Part shown: in pieces, positions 48,433 through 60,219 of the stretch | Numbering within the stretch: position 1 is the stretch's first letter | Layout: the number at the start of each line of letters is the position of its first letter | Assembly: GCA_024679065.1 (NCBI GenBank) | Contig: JAGIQG010000003.1 | Span: 100,626,001 to 100,690,000 of the forward strand | Source of the DNA: Sphyrna mokarran | Taxonomy: Eukaryota | Direction of reading: 5' to 3' | Length of the DNA: 64,000 bases | The notes under the pieces: generated by a model | Databases searched by the model: none | The model's input: only the letters and a program-made list of their open reading frames with translations | What the model was told of the DNA's origin: nothing | Position numbers and translations under genes: made by a program

Positions 48433-48954
48433 TGATACCGGAGATGAGAGGATTAGCCTATGAGGATTGACTGAGTAGACTAGGTTTGTACTCGTTGGAG
48501 TTTAGAAGGCTGAGGGGGGATCTTATAGAGACATATAAGATAATGAAAGGGATGGATAGGGTAGAGATAGAGAGATTCTTCCTGCTTATAAAGAATAGCA
48601 GGACTAGAGGGCACAGCTTCAAAATAAGGGGGGGGGTGGTGGTGGTTTAGATCAGAGTTGAGGAGGAACTTCTTCACTCAAAGGGTGTGAATCTTTGGAA
48701 TTCTCTGCTTGTTGAAGTAGTGGAGGCTACCTCGCTAAATATATTTAAGTCATGGGTAGAAAGATTTCTGATAGACAAGGGAATTAAGGGTTATGGGGAG
48801 AAAGTGGGAAAGTGGAACTGATCCACTTCAGATCAGCCATGATCTTATTGAATGGCAGGGCAGGCTTGAGGGGCTAGATGGCCTACTCCTGCTCCTATTT
48901 CTTATGTTTTTATGTTCTTACATTCTCACAATTGTCACTTTGTATCTTGTTTTT

Positions 48955-49280
48955 ATGTTTATGTTTTCAGAGCAGACCATTAATCTGCTATTAACATCTA
49001 CTCTATATCAATGCTTTGTTTCTTCACTGGTATCATTTTTTTCTCCCTTTGTTTCTTCTTCCATAACGTCTTTGTTACTTTATCTCCCTGCTCTAGTCTA
49101 CCTCCAACTTTCTCTTTTGCTCTACCTGAAGCTCACCTTACCTTTTTGCAAAAGCACGAAACCCATCACATTTCTACCTTTTCAGCTCCAAAGAAGAGTC
49201 ATGTTGGACTCAAAACATCTGTTCCTCTGTCCACAGATGTTGCCAGACATGCTGAGTTTTTCCAATGTTCTGAATTCTTT
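48955..49280 (+). mobile_element. PLE pLTR of second family, right arm
   Basis: tcagctccaaagaagagtcatgttggactcaaaacatc (degenerate hammerhead, stem II GAGUC/GACUC) followed by gctgagtttttccaatgttct. Confidence 0.75.
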
Positions 49281-49996
49281 GCTTAACTGCAATGTGCAAT
49301 TGTTGGAAATTACTTTCCAAGATGCTCCTTAGAGTTGGGAGCTTAATGTTCTTTCTACAGAAAAGTTGGGTCCATTAATTATATTCTTCTGCATGTCCTT
49401 AATATTTACAGTAAAAGTGAGTTCTACTGCTCCAGAACTAACTTGGATGATATTTTGCGTGTTTCTTTTCTCCACAATAAGAATCACTGAAAACAATGTG
49501 CAATTATTGTTGGATCTTAAAATTATAAATTTATCGTAGGATACTTCCCATTTTAAGATTAATATGTTGATTTTAAAGCTAAGATTTCCAATGCCCTGTT
49601 AAAGAAGTCATAACATATCATTCCATTTGGCCAATAAAATTGACATTCAGCAAAATAAGACTTTCATTGCAAAAGAAACCTGCTTGTCTAGAAGCCCATT
49701 TAAAAATATAAGCCTCCCTTGATAAATGAAGAAAATTGGAAAGAGCAGAATTAGATTACCTCTGAAAGGTAAATTCCAGGAACACCCATTAGAAAGCATA
49801 ATACTCCAGTGTATTTACAATTACTTTTCACCTCAATTCTAAAATAAAATGTCACCAATAATATAAATGGAAAAGTCTACATTGCGAAACCATGTCTTAA
49901 TCAAGGTTTAGGATTTGATTTCAATACTAATGATGTTGTTGATCAGTGTGAAATGGAGGTCTGCCCTCACACCTGCATTTGTTAATTTGTAGTAGA

Positions 49997-50297
49997 CATG
50001 GTGGCATAGTGATTAGAACTGCTGCCTCACAGTGCCAGGGACCTGGATTTGATTCCTGGCTGGATCACTGTCTGAGTGAAGTCTGCACATTGTCCTTGTG
50101 TCTGCATGAATTTCCTCCAATTGCTTCGGTTTTCTCCCACAGTCTGGAAGACATGCTGATCAGGTGCATTGGCCATGCTAAATTCTCCTTCAGTTAATCT
50201 GAACAAGGGCTGGCCTGTGGTGAGTGGGGGATTTTTACAGTAACTTCATTGCATGGCTAATGTAAGCTTACTTGTGACACTAATAAATAAACTTTAT
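49997..50297 (+). mobile_element. HE1-like V-SINE, variant tail
   Basis: Full head and V-domain; tail cagtaacttcattgca...gtaagcttacttgtgacactaataaataaacttt. Confidence 0.9.
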
Positions 50298-53229
50298 AAG
50301 TCTGTAATTTTGCTTTTATTCCTCTTGTTTTCTCTCACCTTCCTTCCCACATGCACAAAGTTCAGATCAGGTTCATTAACATCATTACTATCAAGTGTTG
50401 GAAAATATGGAAAAAAGGACACTGGTTATAAAATTCACTATTTTATTATTTCAATTTGCTTTTTTTGCATACAGTGTTCTGGTTTGGATGGTAAGAATGG
50501 GGGTGGGCACATTGATGTCTCTGGAATCTCTTAATTAAAATGCTATTAAGTCGTTTACCATTACATAGGAAAAGCATAATTAATAAAACAGTAAGCCTAG
50601 CCTTTAGATATAAAATTCATAAAGAGCTTCAAATCAATTATATTTGGATAATGCAGGAGGCTTGCATTTTCAAAGAGAATCTAACTTTTAGGCATTGATT
50701 ATGGCTCATTAAATTGGGCGAAGGCAGATAGCATGATACTATCCTGTAAAAGTGTCAGCTGTAAAATAATTCCTGATTTTAAAATCATCATTAAGAGTTT
50801 AATTTCTCCCTTCGCCAAATTGCCAAGTTTCTTGTCTCTCTGCACTGCCACATCTCACAGATAAATTTATTCTTATGAATGATGCAAAAACACAATATAA
50901 AATCTATGGCATACTTCTTGTCACTTTCTGTCTTCAAATCAAGCACAGACCCTATTAACAACTCCCTGGGAGGAACATGAGAGAAAGGCAGAACTGTCAT
51001 GACTGGAAACAAAGATTGGAGGAAATGTTACTCTGTGTCCATAATACTTCAACTTGTATTGAGCAGATGGAAATCCAATTCGAGTTACTTTACAGGTTTT
51101 ATTATACATCTGTTATCTGGAGTAAAATATCCCTTGCTGTCCCAGATGTGTCACACAGTGTGACATGTTCTTCCATGTGTTTTGGACCTGTCCAGTAATG
51201 ATTCCCCTGTGGAGAGCAATCAACTGTACAACAGGTTATGCAAGTCAAACCCAATTAGACTTAAACTCAGTCTCTTAGGAGTCTAATGGTGTACTATCCT
51301 GGATATACCTTTATATTGCCAGATAAATTGCTTATATCAGCTATGTTAAGAAATATGCTGACGGGTTCAGACTGATTTTATGTAGAACAATGCTATTTCA
51401 GTGGATTTGCACTGTGACATAGTTCATTGTGACAGAGTACCATCTTCAATATGACTGAAGTCTGGGTTTTAACGCAGGCCATGTGTGCAGTGTGGATAGT
51501 GGGGAAGGACAAATCACAAGCTCACATTGCTGCCTTGATGTTAGACATTATTTCAATATCCTAAAATTGATTCCTGCTGGAGCTCAGCAATAATAACACA
51601 GAGATTGATGAGTGAGAATGGAAAAACATGCTGCAGAAGGCTGTGTACAGAGACAAAAGAAACAAAATCCAATAGGTCAGATAATTATATTGAGAGTGTA
51701 TGGGGAGATGGGAGATCATGTTGGGGTGGGTCAATTAGTGATCATTGTGAAGGGAGAAGCATACATCTGGTCAGTGGAACATCCTATTCTTTCTTGCCTT
51801 CAAGGAAATTATAAAAATTGAACTTAACTCCTTGGTCCTCTTCTGAGTCTGTTCCTGCGCATTGTCAGATTGCCCAGGCGAGGCTGGTGCCAAAAATGTG
51901 ATAAAATCCATTGATCCTGAACTGCAACATTGCACTTTACCTTTTACATTTCAATGAGGCCAGATCCTCTGTATGAGATGATATCTTGGTACGTTGGTCA
52001 AAATGTTCCTGTGTTTGTTAAGTTGATGTGAATTCAATGACTTGGTCTTATCAAACTTAGGAGAAGCAGAAGATATATTTATAATGCTGTGTGTTATGCT
52101 AGCATTGTTAGGTTATGCTATCATTGTTAGGTCTGTGATACTGAACATGGTATGTGTACAGTATGTTCTCAAGAGCCATAACTGAGTTGAAACATTGACT
52201 CCTACTGTCTCCAGACATGCTGTGCATTTCCAGCACCCCTCTGTTGTTATTTCAGCTCAGTTTTATGATCCTGCCACATTGTGTTACCCACCGGTGAATG
52301 CAATGGCCATTTAACTATCCCGCCATGCAGGAGGGGTGAGTAAAATCCTGGTCTTTTGTAGCACCTGTATTATTTTGCCTTTATTGGAGTATGTGTACCA
52401 TTTATGTCATAAAAATGCATCACAAGTGCACGTTGTGGCATCTTATATGGTCATTTTAGTCACTTAACTAAAACTACATAGTGGCGTTGATCTTATCTGG
52501 AAAGTACAGTGGGATCAGGGTTGGGGGGTGGGGGACGGTTTTAGAAATGGTATGGTACTGGATGGGACTACTGAGTGGGATGTCCAGGATCACAGGGAAA
52601 CCTGAATTTATACTCAGTGGCTGGTATCTTACCACCGTTCGTGCTGACTGAATTTTCCCATCCTGCTGCAGTGAACAGAGATTTGGCTGGCCACCAAATT
52701 GCTGCAGTGGGAGTGTGGCATGAATGGCTGGTAAGATCATGGCCAATAGTGGGATTTTACGGCCTCGCTCAGGCAAGATTGTAAAATTCTACCTGAGGCC
52801 AACAGCGATTTCTGTTCTGGGAACACCACCTGCTCAGTGATAAGGTTTCAGCCAGTGTGACTGTTAGTGGCTGGAATTTTCCAGTCCCCTAGTGGTTTTC
52901 CCACGGCAGAGTCGATCTGCCATTGGCTGCCGCTGAGATCTTCCAGTTCTGCCAAAGTCAGTGGCAATTCGCATGGTTTGCCTGTCCCACCACCAATGCC
53001 AGTGAACCCACAGCAGGAGTCAATTTTGGCAGTTCTCGTTGATCCTTTCGGTGGGAAATGCCAGAAATTTCCACCAACTGGCTTTTTAACACAGCCATCT
53101 CATTATCATTTTACTTCTGGGCTTGCTCTCAGATGAGCATCAGGAATTAATGATGTGATTTCAGGTCCAATATGCAATTTGGTGATCTTGGAGTTCAATA
53201 GGCAGGAGAAGAAACTTGGGGAATGCAAG

Positions 53230-53455
53230 TGAGATTTGCAAAAGCTGCAGTCCATTTCATTGATGACTCTCTGAATTTGCTGCTGGGGCTATGAGGTACT
53301 GGATTGGGGTATTATTCTCAGCAATGGGAAGCAGAAACAGGCAGCAGAGACCAAGAAGTTGTGGTTGAAGAGTGTTGAGAATTTCAACAGCAGGAGTGCA
53401 ATACCATATTGATGGAAGTGTTTTAATGACCTAACCAGGTCAGCAAAGGTGAATA
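53230..53455 (+). mobile_element. PIF/Harbinger Myb/SANT-like ORF exon relic
   Basis: Across frameshifts: FIDDSLNLLLG...SNGKQKQAAETKKLWLKSVENFNSRSA...KCFNDLTRSAK, ending in the donor aag|gtgaat. Confidence 0.65.
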
Positions 53456-54494
53456 CAGTGGTACATTATATCTTGTTGTGTGTGTTACCCCACTCCCTCA
53501 ATCTGCCTTCTCAAACTATTCAATCTCATTACTCATCAAACTCACCATAGCTCTCTTTCCATGCATTTTCTCACATTCTCATCGATTACTGACACTCATC
53601 CTCATCCTTATCTGAAATATTATCCACTCATTGAGATGTGCACATGCCATTACACTCCCTTGTTTATTTATTTTTAGCTTCCTCACGTTGGAAGAGTGCA
53701 CAGAACAGCAAGTTAAGGTGAAGTGTTGGAGATGACCCTCTAGACATTTCACAAGTTTATTGGTGTGCCTTCAGAGATGAGTATTTCCAAAATACCTGCT
53801 GATATAATTAAATTTCAGACAACCACATGCCATGCGGCACATATTTGGTAACAATATATAATATCATGTTCATAATGAGAAGTCGTGACATTCTTGCCTT
53901 GTCACCCATTCTTGCCTTTTATCTGCCACACTAGCAGTTATTTGGGTAGAGTGAATTGATAGAGGCCATGGGCAATGATTCCTCCGAGATACTCAATCAT
54001 TGACTATCACATGTGTTTACTAAATGCCACCTCAGATACTCATACTTTGTTGGAACCTGTATGAGATATAACTGAACTTGTTTTGATCACAGTCAAAACA
54101 AATAAATTTTATAAACAGATTTGAATTCCCAGTGACCAACATGACAAGATTTTAAGACTTTTAGTTTGCAAACTAAAATGAACATTGACTAAATATTACC
54201 GAGTAGGCAACTAATGCCCTAAACTGCAGAAAAGATAACTCTACTAATGTCTTAACGTGACTGATAGTCCCATACTGCATACAGAATACTTTTTGCAGAA
54301 CCTCAGTCAATGCTCACATCCAGCATCTAATTGATTCACTTTCTCCCTGTTTTGTTGTGTTATAATGTCCAGTATCCATCAAAGGTCTTGTCCCTTAATC
54401 TTTTGGGAATTTCAGAACTGCCTTCTAGCAAATGGTACATCCTCCTAGACTTAGGTGATCTTAAATCTCTGGAGGTTCCTTCTCTTTAGTCAAA

Positions 54495-55385
54495 AGGCAA
54501 GATTTCATTATCATTCTGCCAGGTAGCGAGCAGAAAGCAGCTTTTCCTTGCTGTTCACAATGATTGTTGCTCTCCCCGCCACCCCAGCAACACCATTCCA
54601 CCCCCCGCCATCCCTGAGGTTTTTTTTAAATCAGATTGCCTGGGCATCTGAAGGACTACATGAAGCAAGGAAATTTGCCTCAGAATTTGTAAGCCTATCA
54701 ATGCTGAGATTGGCACACGTGCAGCAGCCCAGCACTGCTGGCCTCACGATCACTGGCCAGCCCTTCAACCCTACATCACGGCTCCTCCTACCCTTCCAAC
54801 CCTGATCATTGACCAGCCCTGCAATCCCGCAACACTGTCCATCCGACCCCCCAACCCCCCGATCACTGACCACAACCCCACTTTGCTGCCATTCTGACAT
54901 CCCCACTCCCTGATTGCTGGGCTCCCAGACTTTGCCAGGACAGCAGCAGCCCTCCACTACCCCCCCACCCCCCCACCCCGACAGATCCGTTTCAATCCCA
55001 TCTGCCCCATCAGTCCTAATCTCCCAAATCCCTCCCTTCCCACCGCCAGCCCTGACCACCCTCCCCCTCCCCGCAACCCCAACCTCTCTGCCACAGTCCC
55101 AACACCCCCTGCAGTCCTGACCACCTCACCTGTAATCCCAATCCTACTCAGCAGCCCTGAGCCCCCCAGCATTGCCAAGGGACCAGATTGGACTTCCAGG
55201 CTGGCAATCCCCAGGAGGCATCCTTCCTACCCCCAGGGGGCCTCCATGGTCTTCCTTCATTCCAGCGAGGTCAGGCTGTTAGAGGGGTTGTAAACTGGAG
55301 GGAACCACTCCTAGCAGGAGGAGAGATGTTAATGTGTCTAAAGACTTCAGTCCCTTACCTGCTAATCACATTCAAATACTGATTA
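54495..55385. mobile_element. GC-rich non-autonomous DNA transposon (Harbinger-like)
   Basis: C-rich cccccgatc motifs; shares an atttaaat-type motif (cacattcaaatac) with the 13.3-14.4 kb block. Confidence 0.5.
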
Positions 55386-56897
55386 GCACATTTTTTGATC
55401 TTTCTCTACACCTAGCTATGACTATAATAGTACGTTCTGCACTCTTTTCCTTCCCTATGTATAGTATACTTTTGTATAGCACACAAGAAACAATTCTTTT
55501 CACTGTATACTAATGTATGTGACAAAAATAAAACAAAATTTGACCCAGACGCCCACGTCCCATGAATGAATTAAGAAAAAGTAGAAAACTGGGGACAGTA
55601 TATTGAAAGCTGCGTTACTCCTTTGTAGCAAATGAAATAACAGCTGGACAAAAGTGAAACATTATACTGCTCACAGTCTGTGGTCCGCAGACTTACAGCT
55701 TAATGAGAGGTTTAACATCGCCTGTCATTCCAGGCACACTTTTGACCACGTAGCTGAACTGGTAAAATATCATTTTAATCCCCAACCCTTCATTATGGTC
55801 TGATACAATTTTTTAATCAGTAGTCCGGGAGCCAGGGGAGATAGTCTCAAGCTTCATGGCTACATTGAGAGGGTTATCGGAGAACTGCGAGTTCTGTTAA
55901 CAGACCATTTGATCTGTGGTATAAACAGCCCCATCATGCACAAGAAGCTATTGGCTGGGTGGGACAAAAATCCTTTTAGAAAGAGCTCAGGCAGCTGAAT
56001 GTATTGAGCATGATGTAACTAAGTTACGAGGTGTACCATTTGTGGCAGGAAATCGTTGTTGTAAAGAACAGCCTGAGTTCAGGCGCAGCGCAGCCTGAAA
56101 AAGGGATTGCAACATTGAGGGAGGAAACCTGTTTCTGATGTGGGGGAGATCACTTCCAAGAGACCTGCTGATGCACAAATTATGTGCGTTAATAGGAAAG
56201 GCCATTTACAAGTGTAGTGCAGAGTGAAGCAGTCAGGAGAAAATGTGCAAAAAAACCCCACAATGGTTACCAAAAGAGAAAATGCTGGAAAATCTCAGCA
56301 GCTTTTATCTTCATAAAGGCTTCCAACCATTGAGAATGAGCAAGTGAGAAGCTATATAATGTATATATACCCAGAGACATCACAGACGCTAGGGCAGCAA
56401 CAGTCACTGTATCTTACAAGAAGCAAACTGCGCAGCTATCTGTCTTGATAATTAAAGCATCACGGACCTTGCATGATAACCCACACAAAGTCCATGGGGA
56501 ATCACTGATTGACCTCCCTGTGGAGCTTGTTGAATATGTGTTCCCCTGGTAACAGGCCAGCTGAAATTTATTATCTGAGCCTTTTTTATGAAATATATCT
56601 ACTACCTTAGCCCCACTCCACCAGCTGTTAAAGAAACATCAGAGTTGGAAGTGGGGAAAAGAAAAAGAAACATTTACAAGGATTAACAGGCTTTGCAGTC
56701 ATCAGTATTGTTGGTGCACTACAATCCAACTTAGCCATTCCCTGCGATGCATCACCATATGGGGAGTTGGAGCAGTTTTCTCCCACAGGATGCCTGATGG
56801 AATAGAAAGCCAATTACATTTACATTGAGAACATGATCAGATACAAAAAAAACTACTCCCAGGTAAATAAAAAAAAGCTTGGCAGTGATTTATATTA

Positions 56898-57231
56898 CCA
56901 TATGTGTGGGTACCTGTGATCATTTAGTCTGTGCTTGCAAAATCTTACTAACCCCCTGGCTTGAGACAATTCATAACATTTTAACCTGTGCTTAACTCTC
57001 TCTCCACTCACATTATCTGCACCTATAATAACTTGATTACTGTCAAGACTCGAATCCAATCATTATCTGTAAATTGAGTGTGTGTCTATATATGCCCTGT
57101 TTGTGAACTCTCTACTCACCTGACAAAGGAGCAGTGTACCCAAAAGCTCTATAAACCCGTTGGACTTTAACCTGGTGTTGTGAAAGTTTTTAACTATGCC
57201 TATCCCAGTCCAATACCAGCATCTCCACATC
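56898..57231 (+). mobile_element. PLE pLTR with tail and 13-bp TSD
   Basis: gtgatttatatta at 56885-56897 and 57232-57244; cacctgacaaaggagcag...ccagtccaataccagcatctccacatc. Confidence 0.9.
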
Positions 57232-57924
57232 GTGATTTATATTAGTGGACGCACATTCTAAGTGGTTAATGCCCAATTGATATGGTCTACAATGGCCACT
57301 GTCACTATTGACAAAAGGAGAAAATCTTTCTATAGCATCCCAGAGGCCTTGGTGTCAGATATGGCATATCCTTCACAGCAGAGAAGTTTCATGTTAGATT
57401 AGCACCTTACTACCCAGCCTCCAATGGCTTAGCAAATTTACTTTACAAATGTTCAAATCATCATAGGAAAAACAAGTCAATCAGCCTCTATGTATCTCTC
57501 TATATAGACAGTTTCTTCCATGCCAAATATGACCACATGGGTCATATCAGCTGAACTAATGGGATGCTGCTTATGGACATGGTTGGATGTGATTTTCCAG
57601 GACTTGGTGCGAAAAGTGGAGGCGAGACAAGCTGCTCAGAAAAAAAACATCAGATCTCAAGGAAAGAAGATGGAGTTTTCCAATTTGATGATATACAGGG
57701 GAACAACAAGCAATCCGTGCAGTGGATTTGGGTTCACTAGCATTGGTTACTGGGAGGCCAGTTGTAAGTGTGGACCTGGAGCAACCAGCAGTTTCTGTAA
57801 CTGATGAGATGCAGCGATAGAGGAGGATCTCAACCCTGGATTGATGCGTTTGCTTTTTGTGACATCCAACCAAAGAAGTCTATGTTAGATTGATCAGCCA
57901 TGCTAAAATTGCCCTTTAGTGTTC

Positions 57925-58812
57925 TGAGATTTTGAGAGGGATCTGGATAGGTTGAGTGAGTGGGTGAGGACCTGGCAGATGGAGTATAATGTTAACAAGT
58001 GTAAGGTTGTCCACTTTGGTAGGAATAATGGTAGGAAGGATTACTATTTAAATGGTTAAAAGCTGCAGCATGCGACGATGCAGAGGGACCTGGGAGTCCT
58101 TGTGCACGATTCGCAAAAACACAGTATGCAGATGCACCAGGTGATTAAGAAGGCAAATGCACTGTTGGCCTTTATAGCTAGGGGAATAGAATGTAAAAGT
58201 AGGGAGGTTCTGTTGCAGCTATGTAGGGTGCGAATGAGGCCGCAGCTGGAATACTCTGTGTAGTTTTGGTCGCCGCATTCGAAGAAGGATATATTGGCAT
58301 TGGAGGTGGTGCAGAGAAGGTTTACTAGGCTGATACCAGAGATGAGGGCGTTGCAATATGAGGAGAGACTGAATAGGCAAGGTTTGTACTCTTTGGAGCT
58401 TAGAAGGCTGAGAGGGATTCTTATAGAGACGTATAAGATAATGAAGGGGATGGATAGGGTAGAAGTTGAGAGACTCTTCCTGCTTAGCAAAGATAGCAGG
58501 ACTAGAGGGCACAGCCTCAATATTGGGAGGGGAGGTTTAGATCAGAGTTCCGGAGGAGTTTCTTCACGCAAAGGGTGGTGAATCTTTGGAATTCTCTGCC
58601 TGATGAAGTGGTGGAGGTTTCCTCACTAAATATGTTCAAGTCAAGAGTGGATAGGTTTTTAACTGACAAGGGAATTAAGGGTTACGGGGAGAAAGTGGGA
58701 AAGTGGTATTGAACCACTATAGATCAGCCATGATCGTATTGAATGGCGGGGCAGGCTTGAGGGGCTGGATGGCCTACTCCTGCTCCTATTTCTTATGTTC
58801 TTATGTTCTTAT
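57925..58812 (+). mobile_element. CR1 3' portion inserted into an HE1 SINE (57875-57925 + 58815-58940)
   Basis: KKANALLAFIARGIE and LYSLELRRLRG; (ttcttatg)n tail; HE1 halves on both sides. Confidence 0.93.
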
Positions 58813-59072
58813 TCATAGGTTAGAGAGATTAGCATGTGAAATATGTAGGGATATGGGGGTAAGACCTGGGTGGGATTGTCGTCGGTGCAGACTCGATGGG
58901 CCAAATGGCTTCTTTCTGCACTATAGGGTTTCTATGTTTCTAAAGGAGCCTTGAAATGTTCTATAAGTTTCTGGAAGAACCCAGATCGAATAATTTAAAA
59001 TGAATTTTCCTGGGACACTCCTGATATCTACTGTAATTCGCTGCCTATGCTAATAATGTTCATTTTGTTCCA

Positions 59073-59184
59073 CAGTAAGAGGTCTCACAACACCAGGTTA
59101 AAGTCCAACAGGTTTATTTGGTGGCAAACGCCACTAGTTTTTGAGGCAGTGCTCCTTCATCAGGGAAGTGGGAACTCTGATTTT
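59073..59184 (-). mobile_element. Short PLE pLTR fragment with 16-bp TSD (1 mismatch)
   Basis: tgttcattttgttcca at 59057-59072 and tgtttattttgttcca at 59185-59200. Confidence 0.85.
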
Positions 59185-59235
59185 TGTTTATTTTGTTCCA
59201 TCCTTAGGTGAATTCAGCAGTTATGGGGGAAGGGA

Positions 59236-59505
59236 TATAGTAGCATGGGTCTATTAAGAGGGCGATCCCTGAAGACTATATGAACAGGCCGGATCCTACT
59301 GAGTGTCAAGGGGGAAAGCTGGGCCAATCAGGTGCAAGGATGTGTATCCCGGGTCAGAGTAAACCCTCAGTTGGAGGCAGGGAGGACTGGAGTACAGTTG
59401 TATAATTAATTCTGTTTGACACTTGTTTGTAAATATTTATTTATCATTGGCAATGTAATCCCATTGTTACTTTGAGCCACATCGAGCTGCCGTCGATTTG
59501 TGACA
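59236..59505 (+). mobile_element. Putative Gypsy 3' LTR
   Basis: Starts right after the polypurine tract (ta, possibly a mutated tg), contains CCAAT, and ends ...gtgaca. No 5' LTR partner seen. Confidence 0.55.
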
Positions 59506-59740
59506 AATGTAAAAAGAAATGTTTTCACACAGCGAAAGGTTTGGTTCTGGAAAGCAGTGTCTCAAAATGTAATGATGGCAGTCTCCATTGAGACTTTAAA
59601 TGATTTTTTGTATAGAAACAATGTAAAGGGTGGCAGAGGAAAAGCAGGAGAATGATGCTGAGTCATGATGTTAATTCGAAGAGCCAATACAGACATGAAG
59701 GGCTGACTGCCTCCTCCTGCACTTAACAATACTGTTATAT
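59506..59740 (+). mobile_element. Old CR1 3' UTR fragment
   Basis: ttttcacacagcga...gacatgaagggctgactgcctcctcctgcac. Confidence 0.65.
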
Positions 59741-59811
59741 TATGAAAAGAAAGTTCTACATTAAATAACTAACACAACTAGGGCATGTTTTACAAAACCC
59801 TTTGGCTGTGC

Positions 59812-59975
59812 CATGATGTGGAGTTGCCGGCATTGGACTGAGGTGGGCACAGTAAGAAATCTCACAACACCAGGTTAAAGTTCAACAGGTTTATTTGGTA
59901 TCACGAACTTTCAGAGTGCTGCTCCTTCATCAGATGAGTGGGCATATATAGACATAGGCTCAATTGCAAAATTGT
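59812..59975 (-). mobile_element. PLE pLTR fragment with tail; hammerhead core intact
   Basis: Minus strand 59901-59938 reads CAU-CUGAUGA-A-GGAGCAGCACUCU-GAAA-GU-UC-GUG. Confidence 0.88.
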
Positions 59976-60054
59976 AATTATTTTTGCTATGCACCATCCT
60001 TTTGGCAGATACGTATTATTGCAGCAACAGTTTCATGAGCTAGGATTCTCCCAG

Positions 60055-60186
60055 CCTGGAGGAAACCTACATAGACAGGAGGAGAATGTGCAAACTCCAC
60101 ATAGACAGTGACCCAAGCCGGAATTGAACCCAGATCCCTGGAACTGTGAAGCAGCAGCGCTAACCACTGTGCTACTGTGCCGCCCT
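60055..60186 (-). mobile_element. HE1 V-SINE 5' part
   Basis: Inverse of gggcggcacagtagcacagtggttagcgctgctgcttcacag. Confidence 0.9.
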
Positions 60187-60219
60187 AATTGACTTGGCCA
60201 CATTTTCAAGGGCTGCTGC

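Larger units (their letters stand above)
47150..48920 (+). mobile_element. CR1 3' portion split by a younger antisense CR1
   Basis: 47150-47433 (...agaaggttcactaggctgata) continues at 48432 (ctgataccggagatgag...) through to the ttcttatg tail. Confidence 0.93.
55537..59505 (+). mobile_element. Decayed, internally deleted Ty3/Gypsy LTR retrotransposon
   Basis: Gag: FDPD..VENWGQYIE, LLTVCGPQTYSLMRGL, REPGEIVSSFMATLRGLSENCEF, DHLICGIN, and Zn knuckles CF*CGGDH and RKGHL. RNase H: CDASPYG/VGAVFSHRMPDG. Integrase: LVDAHSKW, IPEALVSD, APYYPASNGLA. PPT-like gggggaaggga at 59225-59235. Confidence 0.88.

Noticed and set aside
48793-49332. 179-aa hydrophobic ORF resembling a membrane protein
   Set aside because: It spans a CR1 3' UTR and a T-rich PLE arm, so the hydrophobicity is compositional.
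58056-58520. Cys/Ser/Leu-rich ORFs antisense to LINE RT (also 2768-3112, 10961-11248, 42516-42797, 62217-62588)
   Set aside because: These are antisense shadows of CR1 ORF2.
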